A DNA stretch of 62,083 bases, the filler included, from Catajapyx aquilonaris (lineage: Eukaryota), in the NCBI GenBank assembly GCA_000934665.2. It is 2 parts of 2 records of this genome, joined end to end, with 100 filler letters (N's around TTAATTAATTAA, not from the genome) between each part and the next. Parts side by side here need not be neighbours in the genome. Positions count along the whole stretch, not along the records: positions 1 to 30,989 come from KZ539178.1; 1 more part is not named here. One strand, given 5' to 3'. Position numbers and translations under genes: made by a program. Below the pieces are notes generated by a model. The model was not told the DNA's origin and did no database searches. It was given only the letters and a program-made list of their open reading frames with translations. How positions within the stretch are numbered: the first letter of the stretch is position 1; every line of letters begins with the position of its first letter. Below, in pieces: positions 1 through 11,255 of the stretch.

Positions 1-351
1 CCAGAGGTAAAAAATGGAAAAAACCGGAAAAAAAGAAATATAAAGGGGGGGAAACTCGCAAAAACCCTCTAGAACAGTGCAAAATTGCACTGTTCTATGG
101 GATCTTTTCCATTTTGCGGTGGCGACCCCAAATTTGGGGGTCACAAGGAAGGGTTGTGACCTTGAACCGGAAAAAAAATCCCCCTGCGGCGGGCCCTGTT
201 CGGGATTAGTCTAGCGGAAATTTCCACCCGAGACGAAGCCAGAGATGGCCCAGCTCTGCACGAGATGAAGGAGGGAACCCCGGGCTGGGATCGAACCCGG
301 GACCTTAACATCTGTGGGCACGTGCGTTACCGCAGCACCACTCCGCCTCCC
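1..351 (-). mobile_element. tRNA-derived SINE (3' end probably beyond window start)
   Basis: Minus strand 351-280 reads GGGAGGCGGAGTGGTGCTGCGGTAACGCAC...GGTCCCGGGTTCGATCCC: Pol III A-box- and B-box-like motifs in a tRNA-like head, similar to the other GGGAGG-headed SINEs here. Confidence 0.65.
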
Positions 352-443
352 TGCCAGTTTCAAAGTTATCTGCATTCCTGATTATCCAAGACCTCTCAGT
401 CCCATTTAGTCTGGATAATTGACTCTACTGTACAGTGGTGCCT

Positions 444-900
444 ACCGAAGCAGGTTGGCATAGTGGATAAGGCGTCCGACTGCTAATCGGGAGGTCCTGG
501 GGTCTAATCCCGGGGCCGGCACCCTTGACCGTGATTTTCTGTGGTTTTCCACTGTCTTTCTAGGATAATTCCGGGGTCGCTTCAGTATAATAGGCCATAG
601 CCGCTTCCTTCCTTCCCTATCCTTGGAGGTTGAAAGGCAATGCTGGGCCAACCTCCTTAAATATAATTTGATACCCCCATTATCAGCCTACTGGGCTTTT
701 CTAGGGGGGGATTTCTCCCAATTTTTTGTCTGGAACTCTTCCATTTTTACTATTTTTCTCATCATCGGAATGAAGCAGGGAAAGGGAAGGAAGGAAGCGG
801 CTGTGGCCTATATTACGGTAACGACCCCGGAATTTTCCTGCTAGGACCATGGGAAACCACAGAAAACCATGGTCAACCTCCTTAAATATCAATTGTAAAG
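444..900 (+). mobile_element. tRNA-derived SINE with insect-type core and 3' stem-loop
   Basis: tRNA-like head at about 450-520 (TGGCATAGTGGATAAGG; TCCGA-CTGCTAA-TCGGG arm; degenerate T-loop), core TTTTCTGTGGTTTTCC...AGGCCATAGCCGCTTCCTTCC, 3' hairpin GGAGGTTG/CAACCTCC, and a 14-bp TSD GTACAGTGGTGCCT at 430-443 and 901-914. Confidence 0.85.
665..873 (-). mobile_element. 5'-truncated related SINE inserted antisense inside the 444-900 SINE
   Basis: 780-873 is the reverse complement of the core at about 525-620; 16-bp TSD CAACCTCCTTAAATAT at 649-664 and 874-889. Confidence 0.8.
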
Positions 901-1022
901 GTACAGTGGTGCCTCAAGGAGTAGAATTTCAACCAGATGAATAGGTAATAAAGATTCATAGATAATTTAATGCAATAACCATTGAGTTCCTGAGACTTAT
1001 TGTAGTCTACTACTCCCCCTAT

Positions 1023-1285
1023 TACCTGCGGAGGTCATAGCATGCTCCCTGTAGGTCCTACCTCGAAATGTCCCCATCCAACATTGATCAGGATGGTCTG
1101 GGCTGCAACATACCCAATTTTCAGCCAAATCAAACGGAAAACCAGATCATACCCCATATGACCTTCGGGGGTCAATAGCACGCTCCCTGTAGGTCCTACC
1201 TCGAAATGTCCCTATCTAACATTGGTCAGGAGGTCTGGGCCACAACATATCCAATTTTCAGCCAAATCGAACGGAAGGCCACTCG
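1023..1285. repeat. Two tandem ~135-bp imperfect repeats, probably TE-internal
   Basis: GGTCA(A)TAGCAYGCTCCCTGTAGGTCCTACCTCGAAATGTCCC...TTTTCAGCCAAATC occurs at about 1023-1145 and 1160-1280. Confidence 0.75.
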
Positions 1286-3747
1286 CCCATATATTTTGTG
1301 CCTCCTCCTTTATGAAAAGTGGAAGCATACCGGAAGCAAAAAAAAGATGAATGGGTAGCCATTCCAGCGGCGAAAGGGATTCAAAGTTGCCATCATTGGT
1401 TCGTGGACAATGGATGTACAATAATTACAAGGACATATACTTCTCCTGACAAGAGGAAGTAACTGCTACTTAAGTACTGTCAAGTAAGTTCCCTACTATA
1501 ATGAAATTCACCCCAAGTTAGCCTATATCAGTTCACGCATATTAATATGCGAACAACTGTACCCAATTAGTCTATGAGATAGGATACGGAGTGTTGCAAC
1601 TGACGAAATATAAATAAATTTCACTATTGTTATAATTCATTATGAGTTTATAACTTTAGAAGTAACTGCAAGGGTGTTCAAAGACACTAAACGAAAGCAA
1701 AAATACCACTTTTCATCAATTTGTATCATCAAGAATCTATACCAGGTTTTTATATTATTTTATGACAGAACCGGTCTTTCCTTTATGAAATATAAAAGAA
1801 TATTGCAGATTAAAAATGGCGTTTTCCATATATTAATTTTTGAAATGTGCATGTTGTTGCATAGAAACAAAAATCACCCTGGTGAAAAAAATTCATAAGT
1901 CACTGAATACAAATATATACCGAATTTTGATGTAATTTTATAATCGAACTCATGCTAAGTACTTTGTTGTACAAAAAATAACGATTAAATCTTCAAAATT
2001 GCTTCTTCGAGAAAATATTTATTTTAAGTGTGCATATTGTAGCACAATTACAAAAGTTGTGACTTTACAAAAATTTATATCTCACGTATAAGAAATATAT
2101 ACCGGGTTTTGACACTACTTAATTTTATAACGTGTCCGTCCTTGTAAAATAAAAAATAAAAATAAAATATTAAAAATGGCTTTTTTGAGAAAATTATTTT
2201 CGAAATATGCATGTTTTCGCTTGTTGCCATATTTTCACCTCGCATATCTCAACTACACGCGGAGCTAACGAAGGTTTTACTTCATAGCCTGGAGGGGGTC
2301 ACCGAGTATATCACAAAATATAATCAGCACAACCGTCACGTTTACCATAACGGCGTAATAAATTGCGAAATATGCGCATTTTGACCAAAATATGCAAGAT
2401 TGGTGATTTTTTTGCAGGTGTCTGTACCATTAAATGAGGTAAATTTATGCATTAAATGACAGTGTGTTATTCCAAAAGCATGAGTGTAAAATTTCATGTT
2501 GGTTCTCAGAACAGTTCCCGAGATATACTCATTGAAAGCAATGGAAAAAGCGGGAAAAAGTGCATCTTCGTGTGATTGTGATTTTAGTACCCCTTCAAAG
2601 AAATATTAATATCTCGATAACTAAATTTAATCTGGTAAAACTGATTGCTCCATAAGAGTTCAATTGGATGTGGGTTTCACATATATTTTTTTCCAAAAAA
2701 ATCAATGACTATGACCTGACACCTTTTTTCACTCACTGGCTGATCTGAAATGGAACCACCCAGCAATAGCTGCAGGGCCATCTGTTTACCATATTTTTGC
2801 TACTGCGCCCCTAAAGGTAAACATTACAAGACAAGATTATATGCCCTAAATAATAAATTAAAACTATGAAAACAATAAAATATGTAAACACTGTATCATG
2901 AAATGAAAATTGCATTTACTGCATGTACCAATGAGGAAGGGGGATGTCCTGCGTGGCTGGTCAAGAGGAAGGTGGATAGGAAGAGGAAGGTTACTGTTTG
3001 GAAGGGGAATCATCTCTCATTATATGAGGGTTGCTCAGTCAAAGTTTTAATTATTGCATTTTAAAAGGGGGAATATCGTAATTATTTTTGCTGGGGGGAA
3101 AGCACACATCCTTGAACTCTCAACAGGTGCAAATAATCCCTCGCAGTAGTAACATGGAACACTGCTACAGCATCCAAACGAAAATGGTGCAGCTGGTCGA
3201 GGTTTTCCCGGTGATTGAAGGGACACAAAATCAAAGGGATTAATATTCTGAGCTGGTTTCCGTGTATGCAGACAATGCCCCATCATATGACACTGCGGTA
3301 AGGTGGCATAGATGTTTGAAATGTGGACAAACAAGTCTGCAAGACGAACCACGAAGCGGGAAAGCGTCTCTCGGTGAAGAACCGGAAATTGTGAAACAGA
3401 GGAGGCCCTAGTACTCACAGTTCATGGCAAAGGTCCACATCAATCATGGGCCAGTATTAAACGTCCTCCACAATTAACTGCTAACGAAGGTTGCCACCCA
3501 CTGGGAGCCGAGATTGCTCACCTCATTGCAAAACCGAAAGGACGCGGCTTCGCAAATGTTGAGGCTGTGTCAGGCCAACCTAGATGACTTTTTTAAAAGG
3601 CTGATCACTATGGATGAGTGCTGGGTTTACCCTTACGATCCCGAGACAAAGCAACAAAGCAAACAGCGGCAGCATGTGTTTCAAAACTGTTCCTAGATAT
3701 AATATGCATTTTTTGTTTTCGGATCCATCTCCATCATTTGTATTTAA

Positions 3748-5568
3748 CCCCTTGGCCCCCAGATCTAGGCACTGAGATTCGTTTTTGTTCAACTTGCACA
3801 TACTCTGAAGATACGGACAAGATATTTTTAAATAATAACAGCTATACTTACCAGGGCTGCAATACTAAACTAAACGAATGATAAGTTTCGTTCCGACGGA
3901 AACGAAACCAAACATGTTAGCTATACCATTTCGGTTCGGAAACGAAACTAAATGATCCGGACACGTTCTGTTTTGTTACGGAAACGAAACTAAATGATCC
4001 GGACACGTTCTGTTTTGTTACGGAAACGAAACTAAATGATCTGGACCACGTTCTGTTTTGTTACGGAAACTAAACGATTCTTAGGAACTGAATCGTTTCG
4101 GGAACCAAACATATCGGAACCTGGGTAAGCGGTTTCATTTCGGATACGGAAACCGGTGCTCTGCCGCCTACGTAGAGGCAGCGCACTGGTATGGTGCGTT
4201 GCCAGTTTGCCACATTTTGAGAAATCCTGGCCTATAGAGTACAAGCCATACTGGACGGTTGGCAGTACGGAATACTATCATTAGCATTGGCATGCGTGCG
4301 ATGGGCACCTCGGTCGCATTTGACTACCTACTACATCCTGCTGGTGACGAGACTAGGCTGCATCGAAATCTTATTTCAAGATGAGTTACAGCCAAGGTGA
4401 AGGTGCGTGGACCGCTGGAGCTTCTGAAAGTGCTGGGGGGGGGGGCACGGGCAAAGANNNNNNNNNNNNNNNNNNNNNNNNNNNNNNNNNNNNNNNNNNN
4501 NNNNNNNNNNNNNNNNNNNNNNNNNNTTTCTCGATCCGCCACTGCCTCCATGGCACAAACCCGTCCGATCTCCGAACAGTGAAGCCCGTGACACGTTAGG
4601 AGAACGGAAATAAATAACATGGTGAGAACATGAGCATGAGTCGCAAGTCGGCCTCCTTCACCACGGGCAGCCAACACCGCAGGCACCGGTACGTCCCAAC
4701 GCGGCCGCAATGGAACGACACGCTGGTTACAGCTACGTCATAGCTCATGTCACAGGAAACGAAACCAAATCGGTTCGGTTACCTAAATCACTTTCGCTTC
4801 CCGAATTGTTTCGTTCCGAGAACCCGAAGTTTTGTTTCCTTGACTTTCGTTTCCAGCATTTTGTTCCTGCATTTAGTTTCGGTTCCAGAATCGTTTCTGT
4901 GAACAAAAACGCAGGACATACGGTTCTTTCAGTTTAGTTTAGTTTCCTTGTGCAGCCCTGATACTTACACATTCATGCTGTACACTATGAATATGTTTGG
5001 AGCAATTTTCTACTTCTAGAAGTAGCACAATCCATTTCCAAAAAGATTGCCATAACAACTCGAAATTAAATTCCTACTGGCCAACTGTTAGGCTCATTTA
5101 ATTATGAAATGCATTAAAATATACAGAATAACAACCTGGAGAATCGCGCTATGATGAATCTGCTGAAACTGTCGTACTTTGTGAAAATTGAATCAATTTT
5201 GAAGTCTTCCGAAGTGGGAGAAAAGCCCCAGAAGTATTAATTTAATTCTTGCGAAGTACGGCGATTTCAGCATATTTGTCATAGCACGATTCTCAAGGTT
5301 GTTATTCCGTATATTTTAATGTATTTCATAATTAAATCAGCCTAACAGTTGGCCAGTATAAATTTAATTTCGAGTTATTATGGCAATCTTTTTGTAAATT
5401 AATTGTGCAACTTCTAGAAGTGGAAAATGATCCAAACATATTCATAGTGTACAGCATGAATGTGTAAGTATAGCTGTTATTATTTTTAAAATATCTTGTC
5501 TGTATCTTCAGAGTACGTGCAAGTTGAACAGAAATGAATCTCAGTGCCTAGATCTGGTAGCCAAGGGG
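3748..5568. mobile_element. piggyBac-type foldback MITE
   Basis: TTAA|CCCCTTGG...CCAAGGGG|TTAA; with the 3852-4960 insert removed, the two halves are near-perfect inverted arms of about 340 bp. Confidence 0.9.
3852..4960. mobile_element. Non-autonomous hAT-like element
   Basis: TIR CAGGGCTGCA/TGCAGCCCTG, perfect 8-bp TSD ATACTTAC (3844-3851, 4961-4968), subterminal GAAACGAAAC arrays; contains an N gap at 4457-4525. Confidence 0.9.
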
Positions 5569-6289
5569 TTAATTTATATAATTTTTTGGATAATGTAATA
5601 CGGAGAAATGCATTGATGGAATGAGTGATGTATCAGACAAGAGATGTCCGTCCGTCCGTGTCCCCCCCCCGAAACCCAAACAGGTAACATGGAGTAGATA
5701 AATAAATAAATAACGGTGGAAGCATGTGGTGATTTTCGAGGTGGAACACTTCTTGAACAACCAGAAAGAGGCCTTCTACAACAGAGGTCTCCGCCAGCTC
5801 ATCCATTGATGGGACAAGTGTGTCACTCTGGGTGGTTCATATGTAGATATAAACTAACTCCACCACCAAATCTTGTGAAAGTAGCTCTATTCTTTCTTGT
5901 TGATAATTAAAACTTTATGACGGACCCTCGTATACAGTATAACCAAAGCACCAAAATTAAAGCACTAAAAGCACTGAAAACACAAGCCCCACTGCAACTC
6001 CTGGTTTTTTTTTCAAATAGGTTTGCCCCTCAGACCCCCGTGACCTTAGAGCGGCATATCAGTAGTTAGGTGGGGTGCCGCTTCGCTTTAGTTTCAGCGC
6101 TTGGCCCGTTCCTTTAGTTACAACACAGCAAGAGCATTTTTTTCACTGTGTGCATAGTTCAAACTCAGAAGCATCATTCGAACTCCAGATCATATTTCTC
6201 TCAAATATAGCGTTCGAACTCTGGAACATTTGAAGTACGAGGTTCCAAGGTTCTACTAGACAAGTATATAATGCAGTTAAGTAGCTCAC

Positions 6290-6439
6290 CCAACAGAACA
6301 CCAAGAAACAGCTCCCATTCCATGATGGGCGAAAGGTCCTGTGTGCCAGGAGCATTCCTCATGCAGTACCATTTGACCAAGAGTTGCAACGCCACTTCTC
6401 GAGGAAAAAAATGTCTCAGTGCTTCCAGAGATCGAGACA
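6290..6439 (-). CDS. ANAPC1: Anaphase-promoting complex subunit 1, internal exon (last one found in window)
   Basis: ttacag|...|gtgag, 150 nt, phase 1 to 1; (V)SRSLEALRHFFPREVALQLLVKWYCMRNAPGTQDLSPIMEWELFLGVLL resembles the APC1 segment ...LPKEIAVQMLVKWYNVHSAPG...EWNLF. Confidence 0.92.
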
Positions 6440-6479
6440 CTGTAAAGTAAAAACTATTATCTCCAGACAAAACAAGGTT

Positions 6480-7210
6480 ATCAATAAAGCCCGGATTTTT
6501 AGGCACGAAAATACCCTGAAATTGGCAGAAATAAACCCTTAAATAGGCAAGAAAAATTGTCAGATAGGCACAAAATTTTAACTTTTGCGGGCGTATGGAG
6601 GATAATGTTACAGAAAATAAAATAGATCGACAAAAATGTTATAGGCCTAAAGCAGTGGTTCCCAACCCTGTTTTTAAAGGTCACGGGGCATGTTGGGAAA
6701 AAGGAATAAAAATAAGGAAAAAAAAGAACAACCTTTTTGGGGGGAAATTCATCTCAAATCTACATCAACATTGTACCGTACCAGGTTGAGCGTTTTGGTA
6801 ATTTAAAAATGGGGGGAGGGGGGGGAGAGAGGGAGAGGGAGAGGGAGAGGGAGAGAGAGAGAGGGAGAGGGAGAGAAATTGATATTGGGGAGTCATACAG
6901 GTCGCCAAGTTGAGAAAAGGTTGTAGATAGGGTGGCAACAAAAGTTTGAGATCCACTCGCCTAAAGTATAAATATACGGTCACAAACCAGAGCAAAAACT
7001 GAATAACAACTGGCAGGAAATCACAAAACTTGGGCAAAGACACAAAGTGCAAGCAAGTATCACTTGCTCTGGACTCGACCACTTATAGCCGGTTTCCACT
7101 TGCACAGTATGTTACCAAATAATTTTATAGATCATACTCGTCATGGAAACATGCTTTGTATTACTTCTGAACGATTTTGGTCCTTGTAGGAGCACAAAAA
7201 GTACTCTACC

Positions 7211-7249
<39 letters not shown>

Positions 7250-7527
7250 GTGCCTGGGAAGGAATAGGTCCAGAGTAGGTCCAAAAAGTTCTGAAATTGC
7301 TTCAAAAAGGTCCAACACTATCCCAAAAAAGGCCAAATAGTCATGAAAACGTGCAAAAAGCCAAAAGAGGCAAATAGTCCCCAAAACCAAAACACAGGCA
7401 ATTTTAGGCACTATAAACCTACATTTTCCACATCCTGCACTTATGAAATGGATAGATCTCTTCACAAAACCATCCCAACTGCAAAGGAACTAAATAGGCA
7501 TTTGCCTAAAAATCCGGGATTTAGTTA
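6480..7527. mobile_element. Non-autonomous TIR DNA transposon (family shared with 39598-40337)
   Basis: Termini CCGGATTTTTAGGCA / TGCCTAAAAATCCGG; 7000-7520 is an inverted homologue of 39600-40140; superfamily not determined. Confidence 0.75.
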
Positions 7528-7542
7528 TCAAATATGACCCAC

Positions 7543-7603
7543 CTAAAGGTGAACTTGAGAGTGGCGGTAGAGCAACCCTCATGTATGTCCCATTACTGCC
7601 TTC
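7543..7603 (-). CDS. ANAPC1: ANAPC1 internal exon (61 nt)
   Basis: gtgtag|GAA...TTA G|gtggg; encodes EGSNGTYMRVALPPLSSSPL, matching APC1 ELSNGSMVRITIPEIATSEL; phase 0 to 1 bridges the flanking exons exactly. Confidence 0.9.
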
Positions 7604-8992
7604 CTACACAAACAACATGTCAATTGTAAATAAACACTTGAAATCACTTATAATCAATGCTCCCTTTCTGATTAATTAGTGTAAGTTTGGGCAAGTGAGG
7701 CATTCCCTTCCAATGTATGGCACAAGGTGGCAGGAGCTACCTAAAATAACACAAATGTCCACAACGACCTTTGTCCACTCTGCTAAAAGTAGCACAATCA
7801 TCTCCCTTTCGTCACATTGACCGAAAATGGTCCCCAAGCTCAAGATGGCATTTTAACTTCTCCAGTGAGTATGTAGGGATCTTTTTGCTCGGACGAGTCT
7901 TGAATCTCATGTTGCGTAACCGCTCTGGCACTGTACATAAGAGGTTAAGGTGTTCTACCATGCTGTTGTTGTTCCGTTTTGCTGGCATAAAAAGGCTGCT
8001 TTTTAAAAGCAGGGCTACACTTGCCCTTAACTAGACATCATCTGGGACAAGTGCATACCCAATTAATACGGGTATATGGATTGATATGTAATATTGGAGG
8101 AATAAAGGTGACAAGACATCTTTTTGCGATCACCAATAGATATTCTGCGACTGGTGACAGGCTAATTTCAAAACCTGGTGTGAAAACACTTCCACATAAT
8201 GCATGTAAGCAGACAATGTCAGTACTGTTAGCTAACCTGTTGCGGATCAGTGAATAAAAGTTTGTCCTGTATGGACTTCTTGATATTTTTTATGCAGAAT
8301 ATACAGATTGACAGAGGAAGTTTGTGTCTTTGTGGCACTAGTCCTATGTAACCCGAGCAATGTTTATTACTGCTTGGAGCTGTTGGACGCTGCATGCGGG
8401 ACACACAGAGTTGGACAACACTGGAGCCTGCTTTCGAGTGTGGGACAAGTCAGAGCACTATGCTTAGGACACTAAAAGAGGAAGTTGGCATCCTCACTGG
8501 TTCCTCACCATCTCTTTGAGGTGCAAAAGTGCCACCATTTTGCCTTCGCCTGGAACTCGATCACATTGAGGGCAATGTTTACTTTAAAAACAGATTGTGG
8601 ATATGGATGACACATGGCTCGGGCCATAGTGCTCTAACTTGTCCCACACTCAAAAGCAAGCTCCAGTGTTGTCCATCTCCGAGGGTCCCGCATGCAGCGT
8701 CCAACAGCTCCAAGCGCGTCAGGCTGGAGCCATCTTTGGCCAATGATGCGGTGGGGGGGTCACGATCCCGTTTTGTTTCCCTGCCCCCCTGGCAATATGG
8801 GGGACATCTACATGCCAGATCAAATTATAATCGCCGGGGCTTCAAAACTCAGCAAAGGTCATCTCTGTATGTGTTACCGTTTTAGAATAAAAAAATACAC
8901 GCCATGACTTATGAACCAACCCACGTATAATTGTCCACTACTTTTTTTTCTCACTTGCTAATTACTGAGGAAGATCTCAATCAAATGCTCAC

Positions 8993-9252
8993 AATAGGGA
9001 GGCATGGTGGTCGGGTGGTTACGCCACTGGCCAGGCAAGTGGGAGGCCGGAGTTCAAATCCCGTCCCCGTCACCTCTGCTTGGCCGGGTCTTTTTCCGCT
9101 TTTCACCTGACATGCTGGGGCAGAATTGTACTCACTACTCTGCCCAGGGCCAGGAGAAAAGGCCTGGTGTTTAAAGAATGTCAGAAATGACTACCGCACA
9201 GCGCCCTCCCTTGGGAACCTCCCCTTCCCACGAAGTATTTAAAAAAAATAAA
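8993..9252 (+). mobile_element. tRNA-derived SINE (family 2)
   Basis: A-box TGGTCGGGTGG, B-box GAGTTCAAATCC, A-rich tail, 14-bp TSD AATCAAATGCTCAC (8979-8992, 9253-9266); homologous copy at 45141-45423. Confidence 0.88.
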
Positions 9253-9586
9253 AATCAAATGCTCACTTACCCCAACTTACCCTATGATATTTTTAGTTTG
9301 AAGATTACACCACAATGATATGGCAGATCTATGGAAAAGCAGCTGAACAGAAATGCACACAGAAAGAAAGAAAAAAACATGCAATCAGAAAAACCTTGCA
9401 ATATTGACTCATTTGAGTGGTGCTGGAATGCCAACTGGACACCTTTTGCCACACTGGTTGCACTATAGCTGTTGGCAATAGAGTCACCTGAGATATTTTT
9501 AAATTACTTTAAAATCCAATTTTCTGCCAGGGATGTGAAAAAACTGCAGGCTGAGAGTTATGTTTTGAGGCATTCCAAGAGTTATA

Positions 9587-9908
9587 CAGGGTGTCTTATC
9601 TTTTTTGTCCGAACAGTTATCGGAAAATTGCGCGTAGCTGCTACTTTTTAAGCAGTGACTTGCAAACGGTGATTTTTCGGAGGAACGGGGAATTTCCCTG
9701 CGAATCGTAGGTTGACATGGCATACGTGCTGCCCGCTAAAAATTGAGGGTCAAGCCTGGAAAAAAGAGGGTAACACATTCCACGGGATGTGTTACCCTCT
9801 TTTTCTCCATTCCTCCGACAAATCACCGTTTGCAAGTTACTGCTTAAAAAGTAGCAGCTACACGAAATTTTCCGATAACTGTTCGGACAATAAAGATTAG
9901 ACACCCTG
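9587..9908. mobile_element. Tc1/mariner-type foldback MITE
   Basis: TA|CAGGGTGTC...GACACCCTG|TA with inverted arms of about 100 bp. Confidence 0.85.
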
Positions 9909-10239
9909 TATGTAAAATGCATGACAATATTGTTGTAAAACACATTCACGAGGTGCTCCCCAAAAGTTAGCAAAAAGTTTTACCTTGACAAATTAGCTTA
10001 ACTCACACCTTATTCTCTTCTATCACAGACCTCTCAACTAGGTTGAGACCAAATGAGGGGTACTGCCTATGAAACTGAGGGGGATTGGTTAGTAATGAGG
10101 GGGATTTCAATATAAACTGACACTGATATTCCTGTGTAGCTGGAGATTACTGTTGGAGAGAAATTTAAGTCTCACATGTGCATAAATTAGTGAAATATAC
10201 AACAAATTTTGCAAACATTGTGGGATTAATACATGCACA

Positions 10240-11255
10240 GTTGTTCCCACCATAAGTTTCGCGAGATATTCCCAAAAGTGCAACTGAAAATTAATAATAA
10301 CACTTGGCGGGGGAAATGGTGATGCGTGCGGGGGGGCGGGGGAAGGGGTCCGAATGAGGGAGAGTTGAGAGGTCTGCTATCACCTTCGAAGTAGTCCCCC
10401 CCTTTGGAATAAAGACACCGATGCCAGTGCCCTTCCCACAATTTGAATGCTTTGTGGAAGTCACTTTTTGTGAGGGCTCTCAGTACTGCATGCGATTCTT
10501 CCTGCATTTGGTTTACGGAGTCAAGTCTTCTTCCTTTCAGCTCAATTTTTATTTTCTGCGTGAGAAAGAATTCACAGGGAGCTAAATCTAGCAAATAAGG
10601 AAGGTGAGGGACCATTGTCATGTTGTGGAACGCAGAAAACTGCTGCGCAGCAAATGTGGTGTGAGCAGGCGCGTTGTCATGATGTTGTTCTCGTGCCACT
10701 TTGCAGGACATTTCCTTTGATTGTCCTCCATCAGCCGCCTTATATGCCAGATTTAGCTCCCTGCAACTTCCTCTTCCCAAAAATGAAAATTAAGCTGAAA
10801 GGAATAAGATTTGAGAATATTTTCACCCAATTTCTCTGGGGTTGTGCTCGACAAAGGACATCCAGAATGATCGTCATCTTCAATTGAAATGCGGCCCATC
10901 TTTGAACAGATATTATACCGGTTGTATGTAACTGTTTTTCCTGCGGTATTGTTACCCAATGCATTTTGTAGCATCATGAGTTTCTGTAGTCCTTTTGCCA
11001 AGTTTGAAGCAAAACTGCATGCTGTTCTTTCAGGTCATCAATTTGCACCTGATAGAATTGCAAAACACACCAAATACGGCACTCCAAAACCCCCCACAGA
11101 AACTGACTCAGTGAACCTCAGACGCTGCTATGTGGTAGAGCAGTTCAGAAAGGTCACCTGCAGCACTACCTACCATGGTAGTGACCACTGACCAACTATA
11201 ATTATGTGGTTCAAAAGTAATGGCATCATTTCGCGAACTTTTGGGTAGCACCTCG
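10240..11255 (-). mobile_element. Decayed, rearranged mariner element
   Basis: Minus: HHDNAPAH, HLPYLLDLAPCEFFL, ELKGRR, WHRCLYSKGGDYFEGD, plus N-terminal GRISIEDD; terminus TA|CGAGGTGCTACCCAAAAGTT at 11255; an oppositely oriented HQPPYMPDLAPCNFLFPKMKIKLKG fragment at about 10725-10820. Confidence 0.88.

Larger units (their letters stand above)
3184..5930 (+). mobile_element. Decayed mariner transposon interrupted by nested MITEs
   Basis: Fragments CGQTSLQDEPRSG, WEPRLL and LITMDECWVYPYDPETKQQSKQ (about 3320-3680) match mariner motifs; C-terminal fragment EHFLNNQKEAFYNRGLRQLIH*WDKCVTLGGSYVD (about 5740-5850); right end ...AAACTTTATGACGGACCCTCG|TA at 5930. Confidence 0.85.

Noticed and set aside
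450..520. tRNA with GCT anticodon
   Set aside because: T-loop is degenerate, there is no long Ser variable arm, and it continues into a SINE core with a TSD; it is a SINE head.
3935..4075. CRISPR-like direct repeats
   Set aside because: Tandem ~41-bp units without unique spacers, forming the subterminal array of a hAT element in eukaryotic DNA.
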